A stretch of 48,262 nucleotides of DNA from the sequence record DRR723986_5340; one strand, written 5' to 3'. Numbering within the stretch: the first letter of the stretch is position 1; each line of letters begins with the position of its first letter. The position numbers and the translations under genes are program-made. Positions 41,012-48,262 of the stretch are shown here, in pieces. Under the pieces are notes generated by a model. The model was given only the letters and a program-made list of their open reading frames with translations. It made no database searches and was not told the origin of the DNA.

Positions 41012-42730
41012 ATGAACTCTTCCAGCACGCCCTTAACCGGTTTGGCTCGCCGACTGGTCTTCGACGGTTTAATCGATGAGGCCGGCATTCGCAGGGCGCA
41101 AGAAGCCGCGAGCAAGGAGAAAAAGAGCTTTGTCAGCCATTTGGTGGCCAGCAAACTGGTGGATGGAATTGCCGTGGCCGAGGCAGCCGCGGATGAGTTT
41201 GGCATCCCCTTTTTGGATTTGCGGGCCTTCAATATCGACTTGGCGCCAAAAAAACTGGTAGACAGTAAGTTGATACGCAGCCACCGCATTGTGCCTTTGT
41301 GGCAGCGGGGGAAGCGCCTCTATATCGGCATGTCTGACCCCACCAATCTCCACGCCCTGGATCAGGTAAAATTTCATACCAACCTCAGCACTGAGCCCAT
41401 TGTTGTTGAGGAATCCGCGCTGAACGCAGCCATCGATAGCTATATGGCCGCCCAGGAAGAATCCCTCACCGACAGCCTGGGTGAGATGGATGATATCGAC
41501 CTGGAGAATCTCGATGTTCAGGCGGTAGATGAAGATGCGGCGGCTGAAGGCGACAGCAGCGGTGCCGACGAGGCGCCCGTCGTAAAATTCGTAAACAAAG
41601 TCTTGCTGGACGCAATTCGCGGCGGCGCTTCCGATATTCACTTCGAACCCTACGAAAAGACCTACCGTGTGCGCTTTCGCACCGACGGTATTTTGCAGGA
41701 AGTCGCCCGCCCGCCGGCATCACTGGGCTTTCGACTGGCTGCGCGCTTGAAAGTTATGTCACAAATGGATATCTCTGAGCGACGCATCCCCCAGGATGGC
41801 CGCATAAAAATGAAGCTGTCCAAAACCCGCGCTATCGACTTTCGTGTAAACACGCTGCCCACGCTGTGGGGAGAGAAGGTCGTGCTGCGGATTCTTGACC
41901 CGTCTTCCGCACAAATGGGCATCGACGCTCTGGGTTATGAGCCCGAGCAAAAGGAGATGTACCTATCGGCCCTCAACCAGCCTCAAGGTATGATTTTGGT
42001 GACGGGGCCGACAGGCTCAGGTAAGACGGTATCGCTGTATACCGGCCTGAACATTCTCAATACCCCAGAGCTCAATATCTCCACGGCAGAAGATCCGGTA
42101 GAAATTAACCTGGAAGGCATTAACCAGGTACACGTGAATACCAAGGTCGGACTGGGCTTTGCCGAGGCCCTGCGATCCTTCCTGCGTCAGGACCCCGACA
42201 TTATCATGGTGGGTGAGATACGGGACCTCGAAACCGCCGAAATTGCCATTAAGGCCGCGCAGACCGGTCACTTGGTTTTATCTACCCTGCACACCAATAG
42301 TGCCCCGGAAACCTTAACCCGCCTGCTGAACATGGGTGTGCCCGCCTTCAATGTGGCAACCTCCGTCAGCTTGATTATTGCCCAGCGTCTGGCTCGCAGG
42401 CTCTGCAAGGAATGCGCAAAACCTGCAGATATCCCTAAAGAAACCCTGTTAGAGGAAGGTTTTACGGAAGAAATGCTAAGCTCAGCTATGATTATGGAGC
42501 CAGTTGGCTGTGAGCGCTGCAACAACGGTTTCAAAGGTCGCGTCGGGATATACGAAGTTGTTCGCATAACACCAGATATCTCTCGTATTATCATGGAGAA
42601 CGGCAACTCATTGGAAATTGCCGACCAAGCGCAACGAGAAGGCTTTAATAATTTGCGCCAGTCTGCACTCAAGAAGTGCGCACAAGGCGTCACCAGCCTC
42701 AGTGAAGTTAACCGCGTGACCAAAGATTAA
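41012..42730 (+). CDS. pilB: Type IV pilus assembly ATPase
   Basis: ATG at 41012. ASDIHFEP, GPTGSGKT, LRQDPDIIMVGEIRD and CxxC zinc motifs. Confidence 0.97.
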   Translation: MNSSSTPLTGLARRLVFDGLIDEAGIRRAQEAASKEKKSFVSHLVASKLVDGIAVAEAAADEFGIPFLDLRAFNIDLAPKKLVDSKLIRSHRIVPLWQRGKRLYIGMSDPTNLHALDQVKFHTNLSTEPIVVEESALNAAIDSYMAAQEESLTDSLGEMDDIDLENLDVQAVDEDAAAEGDSSGADEAPVVKFVNKVLLDAIRGGASDIHFEPYEKTYRVRFRTDGILQEVARPPASLGFRLAARLKVMSQMDISERRIPQDGRIKMKLSKTRAIDFRVNTLPTLWGEKVVLRILDPSSAQMGIDALGYEPEQKEMYLSALNQPQGMILVTGPTGSGKTVSLYTGLNILNTPELNISTAEDPVEINLEGINQVHVNTKVGLGFAEALRSFLRQDPDIIMVGEIRDLETAEIAIKAAQTGHLVLSTLHTNSAPETLTRLLNMGVPAFNVATSVSLIIAQRLARRLCKECAKPADIPKETLLEEGFTEEMLSSAMIMEPVGCERCNNGFKGRVGIYEVVRITPDISRIIMENGNSLEIADQAQREGFNNLRQSALKKCAQGVTSLSEVNRVTKD

Positions 42731-42750
42731 AACAAGATTCGAGAAGCATT

Positions 42751-43965
42751 ATGGCCGCACAGAATAAAGATGCCGTTTTTGTCTGGCAGGGTACCGATAA
42801 GCAAGGCCGAAAAACCCGTGGAGAGATGGTTGCTATTTCTCCGGCGATTGCCAAGGCGCAATTGCGCAAGCAGGGCATTGCCCCCAAGGTTGTAAAGCGT
42901 AAGCCCAAGCCACTGTTCAGTAGCAAAAAGCCGATCAAACCGGCAGACATTGCCATTTTCACCCGGCAAATGGCCACCATGCTTAAAGCCGGGGTGCCGC
43001 TGGTGCAAAGCTTCGACATTGTCGCCGAGGGCGCGGGCAATCCGACAATGACCGAGCTGGTCAATGCCATTAAGAACGATGTGGCCTCCGGCGGCAGCTT
43101 TGCCGCCGCCTGCGCCAAACACCCCAAGTACTTCGATGATCTGTTTTGTAGCCTGGTCGAGTCCGGCGAGCAATCCGGTACGCTTGAACTCATGCTTGAC
43201 CGTGTAGCGACCTACAAGGAAAAAACCGAGGCACTGAAAGCCAAAATCAAAAAAGCCCTCACCTACCCCATTGCGGTTATTTGTGTTGCCATCGTGGTCA
43301 CCGCGATCCTGCTTATCAAGGTCGTCCCCCAGTTTGCCGCCACCTTTGAAAGCTTCGGCTCTGATCTGCCAGCATTCACCAAACTTGTGGTAGGGATGTC
43401 GGAGTGGATGCAGGCCAATTGGTATATTATGTTCGCCGCTATTGGCGTATCGGTGTATGCCTTTGGTCAGGCACGCCGGCGCTCTCAGGCTTTTTCAGAC
43501 TGGGTCGACAAGGTCTCTCTTAAAATACCCGCTGTCGGCGATATTATTTACAACTCGGTCATTGCCCGCTTCTCTCGCACCCTCGCCACCACTTTCGGCG
43601 CCGGTGTTCCGCTGGTAGATGCCCTCAACTCTGTTGCCGGCGCCGCGGGCAATGCCGTATACAACAAAGCCATTATTCAAATTCGCGACGACGTGACCAC
43701 GGGGCAGACGCTGTATTCTGCCATCCGCTTTACTAATCTCTTCCCCACCATGCTGCTGCAGATGGTCTCGATAGGTGAAGAGTCTGGCTCGCTGGACGAA
43801 ATGCTCGATAAAGTGGCCAATCATTACGAAGAGGCCGTGGACAATGCGGTAGACTCTCTGACGGCGCTGCTAGAGCCCTTCATTATGTCGGTTCTCGGCG
43901 TGCTGGTTGGCGGTTTGATGATCGCAATGTACCTACCAATCTTCATGCTGGGTTCCGCGATTTAA
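42751..43965 (+). CDS. pilC: Type IV pilus platform protein
   Basis: FTRQMATMLKAGVPL, GEQSG, GEESG and AMYLPIF. Confidence 0.97.
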   Translation: MAAQNKDAVFVWQGTDKQGRKTRGEMVAISPAIAKAQLRKQGIAPKVVKRKPKPLFSSKKPIKPADIAIFTRQMATMLKAGVPLVQSFDIVAEGAGNPTMTELVNAIKNDVASGGSFAAACAKHPKYFDDLFCSLVESGEQSGTLELMLDRVATYKEKTEALKAKIKKALTYPIAVICVAIVVTAILLIKVVPQFAATFESFGSDLPAFTKLVVGMSEWMQANWYIMFAAIGVSVYAFGQARRRSQAFSDWVDKVSLKIPAVGDIIYNSVIARFSRTLATTFGAGVPLVDALNSVAGAAGNAVYNKAIIQIRDDVTTGQTLYSAIRFTNLFPTMLLQMVSIGEESGSLDEMLDKVANHYEEAVDNAVDSLTALLEPFIMSVLGVLVGGLMIAMYLPIFMLGSAI

Positions 43966-44036
43966 CCATCTCGGGCTTGTCCACTACTTCAAGCGCCGCT
44001 AGCCAACATTGCGCGGCGCAACGCTAGGTTTTATTC

Positions 44037-44915
44037 ATGTCTACCCTGAGCTATTTACACTCCAACCCAGCGCTAAGCATGGCGCTGCTCGCCGTCTTTA
44101 GCCTATTGTTTGGCAGTTTTTTTAACGTTGTTATTTACCGTTTACCCAAAATGATGGAGGCGCGCTGGAAGCAGGAGTGCAGGCTCATTCTGGAGCAGGA
44201 CGGGACGGATTCGCAGGAACACTTTACGCTGTCTTACCCCCATTCGCACTGCCCCCATTGCCACGCCCCCGTGAGAGCCTGGCAGAATATCCCTCTTATC
44301 AGCTTCATACTTTTACGCGGTCGCTGCGCCAACTGTAAAGCGGGAATCGGCTTGCGTTATCCCGCGATAGAACTCGCAACGGCCATCCTCGCCGTCTTTG
44401 CCGCCATTCAGTTCGGCATGTCCTGGCACACAGCAGCGGTCATTGTCTTCAGCTGGCTGCTGCTGGTGATGAGCATGATAGATATCGACCACAAACTCCT
44501 GCCAGACAGCTTGACCCTGCCATTGCTCTGGCTCGGCCTGGCGTACAACGCCTTGAGTGGGACGGTGCCACTTCAGGACGCCGTTTTTGGCGCGATCTTT
44601 GGCTACTTGTCTCTGTGGTCGGTTTACTGGCTGTTTAAGCTGGCAACAGGTAAAGAGGGGATGGGCTACGGCGACTTTAAGCTACTGGCCGCCCTCGGTG
44701 CCTGGCTCGGTTGGCAGATGCTGCCGGTTATCATTTTGCTGTCATCGGTAGTCGGCGCGGTGCTCGGCGGCATGCTGCTGGCGATCAAAGGTCGGGACAA
44801 TGCCGGCACCATTCCCTTTGGCCCCTACCTTGCGATGGCAGGCTGGATCGCCTTATTTTGGGGCCCTGCCTTATTGAACGGCTATCTGACGTTCGCCGGG
44901 CTACCACCGCTTTGA
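44037..44915 (+). CDS. pilD: Prepilin peptidase/N-methyltransferase
   Basis: GSFFNVVIYRLP, two CxxC motifs, ID..H..LPD, GMGYGDFKL and IPFGPYL. Confidence 0.97.
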   Translation: MSTLSYLHSNPALSMALLAVFSLLFGSFFNVVIYRLPKMMEARWKQECRLILEQDGTDSQEHFTLSYPHSHCPHCHAPVRAWQNIPLISFILLRGRCANCKAGIGLRYPAIELATAILAVFAAIQFGMSWHTAAVIVFSWLLLVMSMIDIDHKLLPDSLTLPLLWLGLAYNALSGTVPLQDAVFGAIFGYLSLWSVYWLFKLATGKEGMGYGDFKLLAALGAWLGWQMLPVIILLSSVVGAVLGGMLLAIKGRDNAGTIPFGPYLAMAGWIALFWGPALLNGYLTFAGLPPL

Positions 44916-44934
44916 TAAACACGGAATTTCGATT

Positions 44935-45549
44935 GTGAGCAACTTCATTGTAGGACTCAGTGGCGGCATTGGCAGCGGTAAAACCGCCGTGTCGGACCGC
45001 TTTGCAACGCGCGGCATTACCGTCGTGGACGCAGACGTGATAGCCCGCCAGGTCGTTGAACCAGGAAGCGACGCATTAAAGGCTATTCAACAGCATTTTG
45101 GTGATGCGATTGTGGATGCAAACGGGGAACTCCGGCGCGCGGAGTTGAGAAAACGAATATTCAGCAATGCCGAAGACAAGCAGTGGTTAGAGGCACTCCT
45201 GCACCCGCTAATTGCCACCGAGACGCTAAACCAGCTTGAGCAAGCCAAAGGCGCTTACGTCATTTACGTTTCGCCATTACTGGTAGAGGGTGGGCAGAAG
45301 GCGCTTTGTGACCGCCTATTAGTGATCGATGTTCCGGAGTCCATCCAGGTTGCTCGCACAATGACGCGTGATGACAATGACCGGGCCCAAGTAGAGCGGA
45401 TTATGGCCAGCCAGGCCAGCCGCCAACAACGGTTGGATGCCGCCGATGATGTGGTTGATAATAGTGGCGATATCGAACAATTGGATGTAAAAGTGGAAAC
45501 ACTGCACCAGCAGTACTTGGCCTATGCCGAGGAGAAAAAAGCGCAGTGA
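44935..45549 (+). CDS. coaE: Dephospho-CoA kinase
   Basis: GLSGGIGSGKT, DADVIAR and LEALLHP. Confidence 0.96.
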   Translation: MSNFIVGLSGGIGSGKTAVSDRFATRGITVVDADVIARQVVEPGSDALKAIQQHFGDAIVDANGELRRAELRKRIFSNAEDKQWLEALLHPLIATETLNQLEQAKGAYVIYVSPLLVEGGQKALCDRLLVIDVPESIQVARTMTRDDNDRAQVERIMASQASRQQRLDAADDVVDNSGDIEQLDVKVETLHQQYLAYAEEKKAQ

Positions 45550-45773
45550 GCACAGCAAACAAGCCCACGACACTTAGCACCATCGTGCCCTGCCCAAACT
45601 GTGGCGCAAAATTAAAATGGGACAGCGGCAACCCTTACCGCCCATTTTGCAGCGAGAACTGCAAAAATCAGGATTTTGTCGCTTGGTCAAACGAGGAACA
45701 CCATATTCCGGGGCAACCCGATTATGAAGATATTCTGAGTGGCGACTTAAACGACGACTACAAGCCGCGCTGA
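45546..45773 (+). CDS. yacG: DNA gyrase inhibitor YacG
   Basis: CPNC...RPFCSENC..DF.AW. Follows coaE. Confidence 0.92.
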   Translation: MSTANKPTTLSTIVPCPNCGAKLKWDSGNPYRPFCSENCKNQDFVAWSNEEHHIPGQPDYEDILSGDLNDDYKPR

Positions 45774-45787
45774 TTGGCGAGTGCCTG

Positions 45788-46189
45788 TTAACCTGCACTC
45801 GCCATTATGGCATCGATAATCGCGCGATTTGCTTCGGGAAAGGGGTACTGACTTAAGTTCTGCGGTGCAACCCACATTAGGGGCTGCCCCTCTCGGCCCT
45901 CTGGCTGGCCGCGAAACCCTCTGACCCAGCACACATCTAAACAAACTTGTTTATCCCCGTAGTCGTGCTCGATCTTGAGCAGCGGCGAGCACTGCTCAGG
46001 CACAAGACTAACCCCTATTTCTTCTTGCAGCTCCCGCTCTAACGCCTCAACCAGAGATTCGCCGCTTTCCACCTTGCCTCCGGGGAACTCCCACAGGCCC
46101 CCTTGATGGCGGTCTGCAGAGCGCTTGGCAATCAGGATATTGTGCTGGTCATCGCAGATAACACCCACTGCAACGTGCACGACCGCCAC
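45788..46189 (-). CDS. mutT: 8-oxo-dGTP diphosphatase MutT
   Basis: HQGGLWEFPGGK, Nudix box RELQEEIG, GREGQ and FPEAN. Confidence 0.93.
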   Translation of the reverse strand: MAVVHVAVGVICDDQHNILIAKRSADRHQGGLWEFPGGKVESGESLVEALERELQEEIGVSLVPEQCSPLLKIEHDYGDKQVCLDVCWVRGFRGQPEGREGQPLMWVAPQNLSQYPFPEANRAIIDAIMASAG

Positions 46190-47406
46190 TAGCTGCGGTA
46201 CTCCGCGTTAATCTTGACGTAGTCATAAGAAAAATCGGTGGTCCACACCGTCTCCCGCGCATTGCCGCGACCGAGATCAATGCGGATAGCAATCTCGTCT
46301 TTCTTCATCACGGCAGCACCAGCCTCTTCAGTGTAAGAGGCCGCACGGCCACCGCGCTCGGCAATCAACACCTCGTCAAGGTGAACCCTGACATCTTCAA
46401 CCGTTAGGCGTTCGACACCTGCGCGCCCGATGGCCGCAAGGATACGCCCCCAGTTGGGGTCGCTGGCAAACAAGGCAGTTTTCACCAGAGGAGATTCGGC
46501 AACTGTGTAGGCCACTTTTAGCGCCTCGTCAGACGTCCGCGCCCCACTCACCGCCACTTCTACAAACTTGGTAGCGCCTTCACCATCGCGCACAATGGCG
46601 TGCGCCAACTCCAGAAAAACCTCATCCAACAGCGCTTGCAAGGCGGCCAACAATTCCGGCGTTTGCTCAGTCACTTCCAGCCCCGACTCGCCGCTGGCGA
46701 TCAGCATGCAAGCGTCATTCGTCGAAGTATCGCCATCAACCGTGATGCGGTTAAACGAGCCATTAGCACAGCGCGTGACCATGGACTGAAGCAGCCCCGG
46801 TTCAATGCGTGCATCGCAGGCTACGTAGCCAAGCATTGTCGCCATATTCGGCTTGATCATGCCGGCACCTTTGGAGATACCGGTGATCGTAATCGTGCTG
46901 CCCTGCCATTCTAATTGACGTGAACAGGCCTTTGGACGCGTGTCGGTCGTCATGATACCGCTGGCCGCCGCCGCCCAGTTATCCTCTGATAGGTCAGACA
47001 GGGCATCGGGCAACGCCGTCAGTATTTTATCAACCGGCAGAGACTCGCCGATCACACCTGTTGAGAATGGCAACACCTGCTCGGGGGATACCGACGTCAG
47101 CTCAGCCAAGGCCTCACAGCAGCGCTTAGCATCGCGTAAGCCCTGCTCACCTGTGCCCGCATTTGCATTGCCGGTATTCACCAGAAGGTAACGGCTCTCG
47201 GCACCAGCAATATGAGACTTGGCCACCGTTACCGGCGCAGCACAAAATGCATTCTGCGTGAACACGCCGGCAACACTGCTGCCCGGCGCCAATTCGAAAA
47301 CCACAATATCTTTACGGCCGACTTTCTTGATACCCGCACTGGCAATACCAAGACGCACACCTGGCACGGTGTGCAAATGCCCAAATTTCCCCGAACCCAC
47401 TGCCAT
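46189..47406 (-). CDS. argJ: Bifunctional ornithine acetyltransferase/N-acetylglutamate synthase
   Basis: GNANAGTG, IMTTDT, KGAGMIKPNMATML, DGDTSTND and DGEGATK. Confidence 0.97.
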   Translation of the reverse strand: MAVGSGKFGHLHTVPGVRLGIASAGIKKVGRKDIVVFELAPGSSVAGVFTQNAFCAAPVTVAKSHIAGAESRYLLVNTGNANAGTGEQGLRDAKRCCEALAELTSVSPEQVLPFSTGVIGESLPVDKILTALPDALSDLSEDNWAAAASGIMTTDTRPKACSRQLEWQGSTITITGISKGAGMIKPNMATMLGYVACDARIEPGLLQSMVTRCANGSFNRITVDGDTSTNDACMLIASGESGLEVTEQTPELLAALQALLDEVFLELAHAIVRDGEGATKFVEVAVSGARTSDEALKVAYTVAESPLVKTALFASDPNWGRILAAIGRAGVERLTVEDVRVHLDEVLIAERGGRAASYTEEAGAAVMKKDEIAIRIDLGRGNARETVWTTDFSYDYVKINAEYRS

Positions 47407-47451
47407 CACTGTTTCCTATTTTGACTGTCTGCCTCTAGACAAGGCTAAGGG

Positions 47452-48262
47452 TTAGTCCAACTTGCCGTGGCACTGTTTGTATTTTTTGCCTGAACCACAG
47501 GGACAGGGCTCATTGCGCCCAACCTTACGTCCCTCTCGAACAAAGGTCTCGGGGGTTTTTGGCGTGTCGCTGGGCTCATCTTGCAGCCCCTCATCGTCCA
47601 GCGCAGAGCTTTCCGCGTGCTGGAATTCCATCGCGCGCTTTGCCTGTTCTTCGCGGCGCTGCTGCTCAAGTGCTTCAGCGCTCTCATCTTGCTGCAGCTG
47701 CAAATGCGACAGGAAGCGCACAACCTCGTGCTTTAAGCTCTCCAACATTTGCTGGAATAACTCGAAGGCCTCGCGCTTGTATTCCTGCTTTGGGTTCTTC
47801 TGCGCAAAAGCGCGCAGATGAATACCCTGACGAAGGTGATCCATCGTTGCCAGATGCTCTTTCCACAGGGTATCGAGCACTTGCAGCATAATGTGGCGCT
47901 CAATTTTGCGCATGTCCGGCCCAACTTGCGCGCACTTGCTGGCATAGGCAGCGTCGACGGCGTCGATAATACGCTGACGAACGCCCTCTTCCTGCAGCTT
48001 TTTGTCTTCATCCAGCCACTGCGCAATCGGCAACTTCACACCGAAGTCCGCTTCGATACGGCGCTCCAAGCCCGCAACATCCCACTGCTCGACCATGCTC
48101 TGCATAGGGATATACTCGCTGACGACATCTTGCACCACGTCGTTGCGAACAGCCGATAGCATCTCGCTAATGTCGCCTGACTCGAGCAGCTCATTGCGCT
48201 GCTGATAGATAATTTGCCGCTGGTCATTGGCAACATCATCGTATTCCAGCAATTGCTTGCGA
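47452..48262 (-). CDS. secA: Preprotein translocase SecA, C-terminal part (5' end outside the window)
   Basis: [32 protein letters not shown] and the SEC-C motif [19 protein letters not shown]. Confidence 0.98.
   Translation of the reverse strand, partial: RKQLLEYDDVANDQRQIIYQQRNELLESGDISEMLSAVRNDVVQDVVSEYIPMQSMVEQWDVAGLERRIEADFGVKLPIAQWLDEDKKLQEEGVRQRIIDAVDAAYASKCAQVGPDMRKIERHIMLQVLDTLWKEHLATMDHLRQGIHLRAFAQKNPKQEYKREAFELFQQMLESLKHEVVRFLSHLQLQQDESAEALEQQRREEQAKRAMEFQHAESSALDDEGLQDEPSDTPKTPETFVREGRKVGRNEPCPCGSGKKYKQCHGKLD

Noticed and set aside
40726-41289. 187-aa minus-strand ORF upstream of pilA
   Set aside because: It is antisense to pilB, runs across the pilA promoter and has no protein-like features.

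Overview
Chromosomal window from a marine-type gammaproteobacterium. Gene order is Pseudomonadales/Cellvibrionales-like; the taxon is inferred, not proven. From left to right: partial class I fumarase, several small genes, fxsA-groES-groEL, pldA, a beta-carbonic anhydrase, an ATL protein, ampG-yajQ/panE, a divergent desaturase/AraC pair and a PEGA lipoprotein. Next comes a cobalamin riboswitch-led btuB-cobO-btuFCD-bluB-cobQ operon, separated from cobU-cobT-cobC and pduO by a phosphatase lipoprotein cassette (PhoD plus a purple-acid-phosphatase-type protein with an unknown helical C-terminal domain) that has a putative Pho box. The right part holds ampD-ampE-ROK kinase, DUF1631, nadC, an AT-rich pilA + LtaS/MdoB-like transferase cassette, pilBCD-coaE-yacG, mutT-argJ and the 3' end of secA. 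I saw no tRNA, rRNA, CRISPR array, transposase or phage genes. The best candidate for an undescribed system is the pilin plus phosphoglycerol-transferase-like cassette, a probable type IV pilin phospho-modification module. The second is the phosphatase pair inside the B12 salvage cluster. All calls come from motif recognition by eye, with no database searches.
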